From assembly GCA_017649895.1 (NCBI GenBank), contig JAGCFW010000016.1, positions 1-64,000 on the forward strand: a stretch of 64,000 bases of DNA, given 5' to 3'. This document shows positions 18,917 through 29,625 of this stretch, piece after piece. Both the position numbers and the translations under genes were made by a program. Positions within the stretch are counted from its first letter, which is position 1; each line of letters opens with the position of its first letter. The notes below the pieces were generated by a model. The model was given only the letters and a program-made list of their open reading frames with translations. It ran no database searches and was not told the DNA's origin. The stretch is from Alphaproteobacteria bacterium (GTDB lineage Bacteria > Pseudomonadota > Alphaproteobacteria > UBA3830).

Positions 18917-20152
18917 TTAGCCTTTTCCCTCCGAAACATCCTTATACGCCGGAAGTTTAACGAAAGCTAATACAAGAATCGCAAACAATACGGAAATCAG
19001 CGACGCCATTATGCCGCACCTATAATCCGCTGCACCATATGCGAGATTTGACCCCTTTGACCAATCTAATACATATCCGAATGCCCAAATTAAAATAGTA
19101 CATCCCAACATGATAATAGTATTAACAACGCCGGTTATTGTCGCTCCAAGCCTTTTTTCTCCCAGAGACAGAGCAACTGGGAAAGCCAAAAACTGGCACA
19201 TAGCCAAAGCTCCAATGATAAACAAAATCACGCATAACGACGTGAATGAAAGTTTTACGAATCCTACTAAACCCAATAACACAGCAACGCCGATCGCTTC
19301 ACCCAACATAGCTTTTTTAAAACTGTTGAATATTTTAGACAGATATGCACTCAAAGGTCCCCCAAATATCATTCCGGTATACGCAAAACCGATCGCGAAG
19401 GCGGCTTCTTCTCTAGATATTTCGTGAACACAGGTCATGAACGAAACTCCCCAAGCGTCACAAAAAGACGAACACGCTCCCCAGGTCGCCATAGAAAAAA
19501 CACTTATTCCGATATAACGACGATCGAAAACTATGGCCTTGATGTCATGCAAAATCGAACCCGAGACGGTTTCAACATTCGTGATAATCAAATCCTTCTC
19601 TTCGATTACCCAAAATCCTATCAACGAAATCAAAACGCCCAAAACTCCGAAACACATTACTACATTCATCCATGAAAAATCGGCAGCCAAGCGGGCCATT
19701 AACGGATTGCATATTATCGGTCCGACTCCTCCTACCGAAACTGCCAATCCTGAAATAAATGCAACCTTTTCCCGAGGGAAATAGTCATTCGCGACTTTCA
19801 TAACCATAACTAACGCAAAAGACGAACTAACTCCGAGAAACACTTGAATAACAGAAGCCCAAACAAAATTTGATGAACTAACGAAAGCAATGAGCCCCAG
19901 AGAAAATAAGAAAAAAGATGACACTGCGATTTTCTTAATACTAACTCTGTCCGTAATCAAACCGACAGGAATTTGCATTACTGTATACGCCAGACAAGAG
20001 AGACTAACCAAAAACCCGATTTGTGACGTATTTACCCCAAAATAATTCTGCAGATCACCGTTCAATACGTTTGGAATGGACGTGCGCAAACCATATTGAT
20101 ACGCAAAAAACAAAACACAAAACACTAGCAAGAAGATATATTTTCTTTTCAT
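18917..20152 (-). CDS. MFS transporter
   Basis: 411 aa, about 12 predicted TM helices. GLITDRV motif. Confidence 0.7.
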   Translation of the reverse strand: MKRKYIFLLVFCVLFFAYQYGLRTSIPNVLNGDLQNYFGVNTSQIGFLVSLSCLAYTVMQIPVGLITDRVSIKKIAVSSFFLFSLGLIAFVSSSNFVWASVIQVFLGVSSSFALVMVMKVANDYFPREKVAFISGLAVSVGGVGPIICNPLMARLAADFSWMNVVMCFGVLGVLISLIGFWVIEEKDLIITNVETVSGSILHDIKAIVFDRRYIGISVFSMATWGACSSFCDAWGVSFMTCVHEISREEAAFAIGFAYTGMIFGGPLSAYLSKIFNSFKKAMLGEAIGVAVLLGLVGFVKLSFTSLCVILFIIGALAMCQFLAFPVALSLGEKRLGATITGVVNTIIMLGCTILIWAFGYVLDWSKGSNLAYGAADYRCGIMASLISVLFAILVLAFVKLPAYKDVSEGKG

Positions 20153-20175
20153 AACTCACTCCCTTCTGCATTGTA

Positions 20176-21012
20176 CTAAAATTTTGCTTTATTAAACAAC
20201 CCGAAAAAATTCTTGCTGGTTTGATTTGAGACTTGTTCGACAGAAATATCTTTTAATTCCGCAATCTTTTCAGCGACATGAACCACAAAAGCCGGCTCAT
20301 TCAGCTTTCCTCGAAATGGAACTGGAGCCAAAAAAGGAGAATCCGTCTCGATTAGAATTCTATCCAGCGGCAAAATATCGCGAACGGTTTCCTGAAAAAC
20401 TGTATTCTTTTTGAAAGTCAAAGTTCCGCCTATTCCAAAACCAAAAGATGTATTGAGAAGTTTTTCCGCGAATTTTTTTTCCCCCGAAAAACAATGAATC
20501 ACGCCTGTCACCCTGGGATGGGCTTCCAGAATTTCCATCGTATCCGCCCAAGCATCGCGAGAATGAACAGACACTGGCAAATTGAATTCCTCTGCCAATT
20601 CTAGTTGAAGGGAAAAAATCTTTTTCTGTTGCTCCACATCCTTGCTGACATAATAATCCAGACCGATTTCCCCAATGGCGACAGTCTTATCCAAACTGCA
20701 ACACCGTCGAAAAACCTCCCGCATTTCGTCGAAAGAAAATTTCTCGCAATGTTCTTTCGCATATTCGGGATGTATTCCGATTGATCTGAACACATTCGAA
20801 AATTTATCAGAAATCTCAGTAAGCTTGTCCACATCCGAAAGATGAGTTCCAATATTGAGCATGTACTTCACATCCGCTTGAAAAGCTCTGTCTACCAAGA
20901 GATCAACATTGTAATATTCCAAAGTCTTTCCGGCCAAGCGAGGCTTCAAAAACTCCTCAAATCCTGAAAGATCCAAATGGCAATGCGAATCAACGAATAT
21001 CACTGAAGTCAC
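20176..21012 (-). CDS. tatD: TatD-family metal-dependent DNase/hydrolase
   Basis: 278 aa. VDSHCHLD start motif. 4-nt overlap with metG. Confidence 0.85.
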   Translation of the reverse strand: MTSVIFVDSHCHLDLSGFEEFLKPRLAGKTLEYYNVDLLVDRAFQADVKYMLNIGTHLSDVDKLTEISDKFSNVFRSIGIHPEYAKEHCEKFSFDEMREVFRRCCSLDKTVAIGEIGLDYYVSKDVEQQKKIFSLQLELAEEFNLPVSVHSRDAWADTMEILEAHPRVTGVIHCFSGEKKFAEKLLNTSFGFGIGGTLTFKKNTVFQETVRDILPLDRILIETDSPFLAPVPFRGKLNEPAFVVHVAEKIAELKDISVEQVSNQTSKNFFGLFNKAKF

Positions 21013-22493
21013 TCACTCTTTAAGAAAAGCGGAACAGGTTTCGAAAAACGTTGAGACGAGAACTTATCTTCAATTTCAGCAAAAGAGGTCCCTTCGATAT
21101 TGATAAAATCAAAAATTTTGCGAGCAGTGTCCGGCATAAAAGAAGCAATTCCGAAAGCAATCGATTTGATGGCTTCACATAACGCGGTCAACACCCTGTA
21201 TAACTTCGGATCATTCTGTTTCGCCAACTCCCAAGGCTTCTGATCATTGACAAATTTGTTGGATTCTGCGACCAATTCCCAAATCGTAGATAATGCATTA
21301 CTCAAGTCTTGATTATCCATCAACGGACGTAATTTGCTGATCAATTTTCGGGAGTGATCAAACAAAACTTTCTCATCGTCCGAAAAATTATAATCCGGAA
21401 TCATATGCCCACCCAACTTTTGAATGAAAGCCAAAACTCTCTGCACCAAATTTCCCAAATCATTGGCCAGATCGTAAGAAATTCTCTTTTTGATAGCTTC
21501 AACGGAAAAATCACCATCTTCACCAAAACGAACTTCTCTCATCATAAAATAACGAACACAATCAAGTCCGTATTTTTCTACAATTTCGAAAGGATTCACG
21601 ACATTTCCGATGGATTTTGACATCTTTTGCCCTTCACTGGTCCACCATCCATGAGCAAAAATTCTCTTCGGCAAAGGAAGTCCTGCCGCCATCAAAAATG
21701 CAGGCCAATATACCGCATGAAAGCGCAAAATTTCCTTTCCCACAACATGTATACACTCTCTAAAATAAGATTCCGCTCTTTCCATATCGTCTGGAAAACC
21801 GAGCGACGTAAGATAGTTGGTCAGGGCGTCTATCCAAACATACATCACGTGATTTTCAGCATTCGGAACAGGAATTCCCCAGCTAAATTTACTACGGGAA
21901 ATACAAAGATCTTTAAGCCCGCTCCGCACAAAACTGATAATTTCGTTCCGTCGGCTCTGCGGCAAAATAAAATCAGGATGTGATTCGTAATAATCCAGCA
22001 ATCTATCCTGATACGCCGATAGCTTGAAGAAATAAGATTCCTCCTCCATCCATTCAACTTTCCCTCCGCTGGGAGCAATACCATTTACAATTTCGCTGTC
22101 ATTTACGAACATTTCATCCCGCGGATCGTACCAACCCTTGTAAGAGCTCTTGTAAATGTCTTTCTCGATCATGGTCCACAATTTTTGACTGGCCTTTATA
22201 TGGCGATCTTCGGTGGTACGAATAAAATCATCATAACTGATCTTCATCAACGATGACATATCACGAAATCTTTGAGACATCACATCGCTAAACGCCTGAA
22301 CTTCCATCTGAGCTTTTTCCGCAGAACGAGCTACTTTAATCCCATGCTCATCGGTACCTGTCGAAAAATGAACTTCGTACCCGTCTAACCTCTTAAATCG
22401 AGCCAAAATATCTGCAGCAGTGCTTGCATAGGCATGTCCGATATGAGGTTCTCCGTTGATATAGTAGATCGGTGTGGTTACACAAAATTTCAT
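21009..22493 (-). CDS. metG: Methionine--tRNA ligase (short form)
   Basis: HIGHAYAS and KMSKS motifs. 494 aa, without a C-terminal EMAP domain. Confidence 0.9.
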   Translation of the reverse strand: MKFCVTTPIYYINGEPHIGHAYASTAADILARFKRLDGYEVHFSTGTDEHGIKVARSAEKAQMEVQAFSDVMSQRFRDMSSLMKISYDDFIRTTEDRHIKASQKLWTMIEKDIYKSSYKGWYDPRDEMFVNDSEIVNGIAPSGGKVEWMEEESYFFKLSAYQDRLLDYYESHPDFILPQSRRNEIISFVRSGLKDLCISRSKFSWGIPVPNAENHVMYVWIDALTNYLTSLGFPDDMERAESYFRECIHVVGKEILRFHAVYWPAFLMAAGLPLPKRIFAHGWWTSEGQKMSKSIGNVVNPFEIVEKYGLDCVRYFMMREVRFGEDGDFSVEAIKKRISYDLANDLGNLVQRVLAFIQKLGGHMIPDYNFSDDEKVLFDHSRKLISKLRPLMDNQDLSNALSTIWELVAESNKFVNDQKPWELAKQNDPKLYRVLTALCEAIKSIAFGIASFMPDTARKIFDFINIEGTSFAEIEDKFSSQRFSKPVPLFLKSE

Positions 22494-22615
22494 CCTTACC
22501 CCCTAAACCTGAAAGGAACTATCCCTTATTACCATATCCGTAACAAAAACTGAATGGACTCCGAAAAAATTATTCGAAAACGACAAATGCGAAAATATAT
22601 CTCCGGAAGCAGAAC

Positions 22616-23674
22616 TCACTTTATCATGGTCGCTTGGATTATTTCATCGGATGTGTCTATCTTGTTGTCCTTAAGCATCAGGGACACAAAATTAAACACA
22701 TTTCGAGCAAATAATTGACTGGAATCATAAGCTACACGCGCTGCAATATCTGTATACCCGATGATAGTAACACCGTTTATGACAACCTTTTTGTTTTTTT
22801 CTGAAATCTCGCAATTGCCACCGGTCTCGGTTGCCATATCCACAATCACCGATCCGGGCATCATGCTGTTAACCATCTCTTTCGTAATCAACCTCGGCGC
22901 AGGCTTCCCTTGAATTTGCGCCGTAGAAATCACGATATCTGATGTCTTCAAGGCTTCAGCCAATTTTTCAGCTTGCTTCTTTTTGTAATCCTCGGACATC
23001 TCACGAGCATAACCGCCAACAGTTTCTCCATTTTCGTCAGAATCAACATCGACAAAGGTTGCTCCGAGGCTTTCCACTTGCTCTTTCGCCGCTCTTCTGA
23101 CATCAAAAGCTCGGACACGCGCCCCCATACGTTTTGCCGTCGCGATAGCCTGAAGTCCAGCAACTCCAGCACCTATAATAAGTACTTTCGCCGGACGAAT
23201 CGTTCCCGCCGCCGTCATCATTAATGGAATGACTCGACAATACTCAGACATTGCTTCGATAACAGCGCGATATCCTGCGATGTTTGCTTGAGATGAAAGT
23301 ATGTCCATCGACTGCGCACGAGTAATTCTCGGAATCTTTTCTAACGCACACGGATTAATCCCATTCAAATGCAATTTCTTCAAAACTTCTGCATTTTGAA
23401 ACGGTGACAGCATAGCAATTAAATAGCTGCCCTTACTCAGATCCATATTTTCCGACAAAACAGGGCGAACACACAGATACAGTGAAACATCCTTAATTAC
23501 TCCATCACTAATTGTTGCGCCAGCAGCTTCATATTCTGAGTCAGAGAACCCTGCAGACTCCCCTACTCCTTTCGGCAACTCAACTTCGAAACCCAACTTA
23601 ACGTATTTTGCGGTGATTTCTGGAGTAATCGCGACTCTTTTTTCGTTCGGATTAATTATAGTACTGAGTTTCAT
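22616..23674 (-). CDS. pntAA: NAD(P) transhydrogenase subunit alpha part 1 (AlaDH-like dI domain)
   Basis: 352 aa. GAGVAGLQAIATAKRMGA NAD-binding fold. No pntAB/pntB adjacent. Confidence 0.8.
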   Translation of the reverse strand: MKLSTIINPNEKRVAITPEITAKYVKLGFEVELPKGVGESAGFSDSEYEAAGATISDGVIKDVSLYLCVRPVLSENMDLSKGSYLIAMLSPFQNAEVLKKLHLNGINPCALEKIPRITRAQSMDILSSQANIAGYRAVIEAMSEYCRVIPLMMTAAGTIRPAKVLIIGAGVAGLQAIATAKRMGARVRAFDVRRAAKEQVESLGATFVDVDSDENGETVGGYAREMSEDYKKKQAEKLAEALKTSDIVISTAQIQGKPAPRLITKEMVNSMMPGSVIVDMATETGGNCEISEKNKKVVINGVTIIGYTDIAARVAYDSSQLFARNVFNFVSLMLKDNKIDTSDEIIQATMIK

Positions 23675-24383
23675 CTTTATCTCCCTTTAACAGCCCTTGT
23701 ACGAGATACTCTCTGGACATGGGCAATTCCCTACTGCTTATACCACAAAAATAAATTTTTAAAAAATGCTGAGTTATCTTCAAAGCCATCAAAATATCCT
23801 CACTCGACGGCTCTTCCTCCGCATCTAATAAGAATTTCGGTAATACAAACAGCTTGTCTTTGTATTTTTCACCGACTTCCTTTATCACTGCTTTTCCTGT
23901 CCGAGGTGATACATAGAACAATCCGTCTTTTTTTCCCGTAACAGCACATTGAGACAAACTCAACCCTACTCCGACCTCGGACAAAAACATTTTCTCGAAA
24001 AGAACGTAATTCAAAAGCCAATCTTTATGGACTAACTCAAGTAAAAATCGCTTCACGGAATCAAACAATTTTCCGTGAGGAGCTCTGTCGGGCAATCCGT
24101 TGCTACATAAAGTACAAACGCTGTCTATGGCAAGAATTTCCAATGGATTTTCGAAAACAAACGAAAATGGCGAAAATACTGTCTCGATTTTAAAAGTCCC
24201 GAGCTGATCTGCATTGCGACCTTTCCACGTAACATCGCTTATATCTCCGACATGGATAACGGATCTAGTTCCTCTCACCAATCCCGAGGTTTTTCCCATG
24301 CTTCGATTGAAAACACTAATCAGCCGACAATTCTCGCTAAAAGGTTTGGAAGATAAAATAATGCTTTGCTCTTGCCATTGCAT
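23652..24383 (-). CDS. recO: DNA repair protein RecO
   Basis: 243 aa. MQWQEQSIILSSKPFSENCRLISVF... fits the RecO N-terminal OB fold. Immediately upstream of era, as is common. Confidence 0.8.
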   Translation of the reverse strand: MQWQEQSIILSSKPFSENCRLISVFNRSMGKTSGLVRGTRSVIHVGDISDVTWKGRNADQLGTFKIETVFSPFSFVFENPLEILAIDSVCTLCSNGLPDRAPHGKLFDSVKRFLLELVHKDWLLNYVLFEKMFLSEVGVGLSLSQCAVTGKKDGLFYVSPRTGKAVIKEVGEKYKDKLFVLPKFLLDAEEEPSSEDILMALKITQHFLKIYFCGISSRELPMSREYLVQGLLKGDKDETQYYN

Positions 24384-24386
24384 TCT

Positions 24387-25271
24387 CTATTTTTCCACAA
24401 CAACATTCAAAAACAAATGAACTTCTCGCCCGAACAATTCAGATAATTCAAGGCGTGCCGCAGAACCAATGGCTCGAATTTTTCCGCCCTTATGCCCAAG
24501 CAGAATTATTTTATGAGCCTTGTTCTTTACGAAAATATTCTGGGCAATCTTAATTGATCCGTCAGACTCATTGCGATAATTCTCCGTAACTACCCGACAT
24601 CTGTAAGGAATTTCCTGATGGACTCGATGATAAAGATGTTCTCGCGTGATTTCCGAAGTAAATTTTTCAAAAGACGAATCAGTGATTTCATCCTCCGGGA
24701 ACAACCACTCTCCTTCTGGAACAACTTTCGCCAAATATTTTTCAATATCTTCAACTCCGTCGCCGCTCAAACTCGAGACCATGAAAACATTCTCAAAATC
24801 ACGAATCTTGGAAAATTCACTCGCGATTTCCAAAAGCTTTTCTTTCATAATCAAATCGACTTTGTTCAAGACCAACGAAACTTTCTTTTTCTTATCAATT
24901 TTCTGAAGCAAAGCTGCACTTTTTTCAAAATTCCGTTTGTGAGCATCCACTACGAACAATACATTGTCGGTTTCGCGGAAAGCATCCCAAGCCGTTTTTT
25001 CGAGGACATTCGACCTCTGATCCGCAGTCTTATGATCTGAAATAAAACCAGGGGTATCTATTAAGATTACCTGACTGTTTCCGCTGATCGCAATTCCCAA
25101 AATTCGACTCAGCGTGGTCTGAACTTTTCTCGAAACAATCGAAACTTTCTGTCCAACTAATTTGTTTATCAATGTAGATTTTCCAGCGTTGGTTTCCCCC
25201 AAAACCGCAACAAAACCACATCTTTTCTGATTAACCTTAACCGAATTATCAAAATTTTTTTTAACAGACAT
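24387..25271 (-). CDS. era: GTPase Era
   Basis: GETNAGKSTL G1 motif, DTPG, NKVD, and a KH domain at the C-terminus. Confidence 0.9.
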   Translation of the reverse strand: MSVKKNFDNSVKVNQKRCGFVAVLGETNAGKSTLINKLVGQKVSIVSRKVQTTLSRILGIAISGNSQVILIDTPGFISDHKTADQRSNVLEKTAWDAFRETDNVLFVVDAHKRNFEKSAALLQKIDKKKKVSLVLNKVDLIMKEKLLEIASEFSKIRDFENVFMVSSLSGDGVEDIEKYLAKVVPEGEWLFPEDEITDSSFEKFTSEITREHLYHRVHQEIPYRCRVVTENYRNESDGSIKIAQNIFVKNKAHKIILLGHKGGKIRAIGSAARLELSELFGREVHLFLNVVVEK

Positions 25272-25287
25272 TATATCTCTCAGAAGT

Positions 25288-25962
25288 CTATTTACTTAAT
25301 TTTTCTATCAACTTTTTGGCCGCATCATGTTCAGCATTTTTCTTTGAATTCCCGAAACCTGACGCCACTTCTCCGCAAGCCGAAACTTCGATCTCGAAAA
25401 CCGGATCGTGAGCCTCGCCACTCATTTTTACCAAACGATAAAACGGCAATTCTTCCGATCTACTTTGAACTATTTCCTGCAATCTGGTTTTAGAATCCTT
25501 TTTCTTATAAATGACTTTGTCCAAATCGTCACCCCACAAACGAGTTACAACTTCTCTCGCTTCAGGAAATCCCGAATCCAAAAACACCGACCCCAAAACC
25601 GCTTCCATCATATCGGCAATCGATGACGAATTCTTATTTTTCGAAACAAAAAGATCTTTTGGATAAGAAAAACATTCAATCAATCTTGTTTTTTTTGCAA
25701 GATCTATCAAAAAATCCGTCCCGGCGAGAACTGACATCCTAACCGCCAGGTCTCCCTCGCTCTCTTTCTTAAACTTAGAGAAAATCAAATAAGCCAAAGA
25801 TAATCCTAAAACCCGATCGCCCAAAAACTCCAATCTCTCAAAATGTTTCGCAAAATCTCTATCAAACTTATTGGCTCCCGGATGCACTATCGCAACGGAA
25901 ATATTCTCTTTATTTTTAAATTCGTAGCCGATAATTTTTTCTAATTCTGATAATTTTTCCAT
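25288..25962 (-). CDS. rnc: Ribonuclease III
   Basis: ERLEFLGDRVL signature and a dsRBD at the C-terminus. Confidence 0.9.
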   Translation of the reverse strand: MEKLSELEKIIGYEFKNKENISVAIVHPGANKFDRDFAKHFERLEFLGDRVLGLSLAYLIFSKFKKESEGDLAVRMSVLAGTDFLIDLAKKTRLIECFSYPKDLFVSKNKNSSSIADMMEAVLGSVFLDSGFPEAREVVTRLWGDDLDKVIYKKKDSKTRLQEIVQSRSEELPFYRLVKMSGEAHDPVFEIEVSACGEVASGFGNSKKNAEHDAAKKLIEKLSK

Positions 25963-25969
25963 TAATCTA

Positions 25970-26809
25970 TCAATCTATACTCTTCAGAAGACGATCGTAC
26001 CTGATATTTTGAAACCATCTCCAAAATTCCCAAAGTTTCACACCTTTATCAATCGAATATACTTTAAAAATCGCTCGTCCCATAAGGTTTTCCTCGGGAA
26101 TGAAGCCCAATCCGCATCTGGAGTCTTTAGAGATATCCCTGTTATCTCCCATAACGAAGTAATGCCCCTCAGGAACAGTAACTTCTCTGAAATTGTTTGC
26201 TTTTGAGAATCTCATCTCCTCGATATATCCAACTGTATGCACCGGCGCATCAGACAACGGCAACTTCTCATCATATCTCTGAATTATGTAAGTCTTTCCC
26301 TCCGGATAATCGTAATAATTCACCTCTTCCTTATACTTAAGCTCAGCCTTAACTCCGTTAACTGAAATCACTCCGTTCTCGACACTAACTCTGTCGCCCG
26401 GAAGGGCTATAACCCTTTTTATAAGATTCAAATCATCATTTGCGGGATTAAGCATATCATGAGGATGCTTAAAAACAATAACATCGCCACGTTTCACATT
26501 ATTTCTGAAAAAAAGTCGTCCCGAAAATAGATTCGGACTGAACCAAATACTATGCTTACTGATTCCGTAAGCAAATTTCTCGACGAAAGGCATATCACCG
26601 ATCAGCAAAGTCGGAACCATTGAGCATGACGGTACAATATACCAATCGTAAACGAAAAACCTGAACAACAAAAAAATTACGGTAAACCAAGCGCAAAATT
26701 TCAGATCAGATTTAAACTTCTCCCTTTTTTCTTCCGGAGTCATTTCCTTTTTTTGGGAAAAAGCCTTTCCCAAATAAGCCCTTATATCAGAAAAATCTAT
26801 TTCAATCAT
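25970..26809 (-). CDS. lepB: Signal peptidase I
   Basis: SCSMVPTL (Ser box) and GDNRDISKDSR motifs. Confidence 0.9.
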   Translation of the reverse strand: MIEIDFSDIRAYLGKAFSQKKEMTPEEKREKFKSDLKFCAWFTVIFLLFRFFVYDWYIVPSCSMVPTLLIGDMPFVEKFAYGISKHSIWFSPNLFSGRLFFRNNVKRGDVIVFKHPHDMLNPANDDLNLIKRVIALPGDRVSVENGVISVNGVKAELKYKEEVNYYDYPEGKTYIIQRYDEKLPLSDAPVHTVGYIEEMRFSKANNFREVTVPEGHYFVMGDNRDISKDSRCGLGFIPEENLMGRAIFKVYSIDKGVKLWEFWRWFQNIRYDRLLKSID

Positions 26810-27227
26810 CTTTTTGAGTTTTTTCCATCTTTTCGTGACGTTCCTGAGCTTGAATACTCAGCGTCGCAGTAGGCCTTGCCTCCAATCTTCTCAAATCGAT
26901 AGGCTCGCCTGTATCCTCACAATATCCGTAAGTCCCATCTTTTATTTTCGCCAAAGCATCGTCTATCTTAGAGATCAACTTTCTCGCTCTCTCCTTAGAC
27001 CTCAGCTCATAGCCTAAAGTGGTTTCGGTAGATGCTCGATCAGCAATATCCGTGCAAATTTCCTTTTCTTCTTTCAAGGACTGCAAAGCCAAATCACTTT
27101 CATGAAGAAGCTCATCCTTCCAATTTTCAAGCTTTCGCCTGAAATATTCGCGCTGAAAGTCATTCATAAACTCTTCAGAAGCGCTCGGAACATAGCCCTC
27201 CGGCAATTCACAAATCTTACTACTCAT
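26802..27227 (-). CDS. dksA: RNA polymerase-binding factor DksA (Cys4 zinc finger not conserved)
   Basis: 141 aa. Coiled-coil with acidic tip ...DIADRASTETTLG... The C-terminus GYCEDTGEPIDLRRLEARPTATLSIQAQ retains only 1 of the 4 Cys. Confidence 0.8.
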   Translation of the reverse strand: MSSKICELPEGYVPSASEEFMNDFQREYFRRKLENWKDELLHESDLALQSLKEEKEICTDIADRASTETTLGYELRSKERARKLISKIDDALAKIKDGTYGYCEDTGEPIDLRRLEARPTATLSIQAQERHEKMEKTQKDD

Positions 27228-27256
27228 AACACCTACCCCTTTTCGTTTTTTGATTT

Positions 27257-27613
27257 TTACGACAAAACAGCTTTCACTTTGTTTACGATTTCTTTGAAAG
27301 CGGCCTTATCATTAATCGCCAACTCAGACAGAACCTTTCTGTCGATAGCAATATTGGCCTTCGACAACCCGCAGATAAACTGAGAATACTTCAAACCGTG
27401 CTCTCTTACCGCAGCGTTAATTCTTACTATCCAAAGTCTGCGAAAATCTCTTTTTTTAGCACGCCTGTCCCTGTAGGCATACTGCATAGATTTCTCTAAT
27501 CTCTCGATAGCTGAACGAAAACAATTCTTGGAACGCCCGACGAATCCTTTGGAAAGATTTATAACCTTTCTGTGTCTGGCGTGTGCGGTTAAACCTCTTT
27601 TAACTCGTGACAT
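27257..27613 (-). CDS. rplT: 50S ribosomal protein L20
   Basis: [17 protein letters not shown]... Confidence 0.9.
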   Translation of the reverse strand: MSRVKRGLTAHARHRKVINLSKGFVGRSKNCFRSAIERLEKSMQYAYRDRRAKKRDFRRLWIVRINAAVREHGLKYSQFICGLSKANIAIDRKVLSELAINDKAAFKEIVNKVKAVLS

Positions 27614-27624
27614 ATTCTATCTCC

Positions 27625-27849
27625 TTACTTGTACGGCATATACTTAACAACGCTCTTCGCATCGCTTTCACTCAGAACCATGGTTCCTCGCGTTTGTCTT
27701 TTCATCTTTTGAGATTTGTTCTTCATAAGATGGCGCCTGTAAGCAGGCTGAGACGTCACATGACCATTTGCTGTAAAAGAAAACCTTTTCTTCGCAGCAC
27801 TTTTTGTTTTCAATTTGGGCACTTTATCCTCCAATTCTAACAAAATCAA
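27625..27849 (-). CDS. rpmI: 50S ribosomal protein L35
   Basis: [14 protein letters not shown]... Confidence 0.9.
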   Translation of the reverse strand: MILLELEDKVPKLKTKSAAKKRFSFTANGHVTSQPAYRRHLMKNKSQKMKRQTRGTMVLSESDAKSVVKYMPYK

Positions 27850-28117
27850 ACCAGGTATACCCTAAACACCCGATCTGACACCACATGGCAGCTGAATACA
27901 CAACTACCTTTTCATTTTATAGCAAATTATAAAGTAAATTTAAATAAGAATAGTTATATTCCGACGGTACATTTTTAACAAATCCGTTGTTTAAAGGAAA
28001 CGCAACAATTAACAAAAAATACACCTCATCATTAGTTCAACGTATTTAAAAGGTCAAATATCTTGAAGGCGAAAGAGTATCGCAATTTACACAATATCTC
28101 TTACGCCTTCATTTAAA

Positions 28118-29524
28118 TTAATCTCTTTTTTTCTCCACGACATTGGCTATAGTTTGAGCTATTTTTTTGCCCGCATCAGTTGAAGAAAAGGCATCCAATA
28201 AACTAGATACATTAAAACCGGTTGAAGGACTGAATGTATTAGCTGCTTTGGACACGCCGCCAGTAACTGTTTCGGAAGTTGCATAAATTTTAACCTCAGC
28301 ATTTCCCAGGTTCTTAGCTTGTTCAATACCAACTTGCATCAGAGCTTCAACACGCTTTGTGTTTATCATAAACTCCTGATACTCTGGATTGCTTTGAACC
28401 TTATCAAAAAGCTCTATATCTCCCGCAACTTTTGCTTTTTCATCAAGCTCTTTGGACGCAGCTTGTGCTCTACCTTTTGCTTCAATTCCCTGAGCTTCAT
28501 TTTTGGCGGCCTTAAGATCGGCATCAGCTTTAAGTTCCACTTCAGCTTTTCTTGCTTCAGCTTCAAGAACTTTAACTTTCTTTTCACCTTCACTCTTGGC
28601 TACGTTAGCTTTCGCATTCAGTTCAACAACATTTTTGTCCCCTTCAGCTTTAACAATACTGGCCTGCTTTTGTATTTCGGCCGCTTGCACTTCTTGAACT
28701 CTCCTTACCGCCATTTCTTTTTCGGTAGTAATCTTAGCCTGTTCTTGAACCATTTGTTTGGACTGCTCTTCGGCAATACCAACTTCTTGCGAAACTTCAG
28801 CCTTTCTTAACCCAACTGCTTTATTAGCTTCTTGTTGTTTCAATTCCACCTCTTTTTGGGCCAGAATCTCTGCTTCATTGGCTTTTCTAGCATTTTCAGC
28901 GACAGTTTGTCTGCTTTCCATCTCTATTTGAGATTTCTTCTTTGCCATGATATTCACGATTACATTGGAGCCATGAGAATCTCTTATATCCATCAACTCT
29001 ATATTTTTAACAGCGGAAACTCCCCATTCAATGAGCTGATCCGTAACTTCTTTTGTGAACATTTCACCATATTTATTACGCTCTCCCATTATTGTGTTGA
29101 GGTCTTCCTTAGCAAGGATAGAACGGGCAGCCCCCTGCACGATGCCTAACAGTTGCTTTTCAAGTTCTTTTTGACTCGATACACGTTGGGACGCAACTAT
29201 CGGACTGCTTATTCTGAAAAACGATTTAACATCTATAACAAACGGCAAACGATCTTTGTCATATGCTTCATAGTCGGGAATATCCAAATCAAATACATTT
29301 ATTCCGAACTTCGTAACAGAAACACCTAATAAAGGAACCCAAGCAGGAAATTCATAATAAATATTACCTTCATTATTTTCAGTGGCGCCGTAGCAATGAG
29401 TCTGCGAACCGGAGCGAACCACATGAACTTCATTCGTAGGAACTATTCTACGTAAAGACAAAACAATCACAAATATCGAAACAAATACGGCAATTATAGT
29501 GCAAGCTATTATCCAATTAATCAT
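28118..29524 (-). CDS. SPFH/band-7 (flotillin/YqiK-like) membrane protein with a long coiled-coil
   Basis: 468 aa. N-terminal TM plus SPFH core, then an about 250-aa E/K/A/Q-rich heptad region. Confidence 0.8.
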   Translation of the reverse strand: MINWIIACTIIAVFVSIFVIVLSLRRIVPTNEVHVVRSGSQTHCYGATENNEGNIYYEFPAWVPLLGVSVTKFGINVFDLDIPDYEAYDKDRLPFVIDVKSFFRISSPIVASQRVSSQKELEKQLLGIVQGAARSILAKEDLNTIMGERNKYGEMFTKEVTDQLIEWGVSAVKNIELMDIRDSHGSNVIVNIMAKKKSQIEMESRQTVAENARKANEAEILAQKEVELKQQEANKAVGLRKAEVSQEVGIAEEQSKQMVQEQAKITTEKEMAVRRVQEVQAAEIQKQASIVKAEGDKNVVELNAKANVAKSEGEKKVKVLEAEARKAEVELKADADLKAAKNEAQGIEAKGRAQAASKELDEKAKVAGDIELFDKVQSNPEYQEFMINTKRVEALMQVGIEQAKNLGNAEVKIYATSETVTGGVSKAANTFSPSTGFNVSSLLDAFSSTDAGKKIAQTIANVVEKKRD

Positions 29525-29625
29525 GATTTCACCCTCCCCTCTGAATCAAAATCTAGACAATTCTATTGCAAAAAATTATACAAATCAATTAAATTTGACA
29601 AATTTTATAATGCGATCAATAGAAA

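Noticed and set aside
28319-28810. 163-aa plus-strand ORF inside the band-7 gene
   Set aside because: Antisense to the repetitive coiled-coil coding region. Phe/Leu/Ser-rich nonsense.
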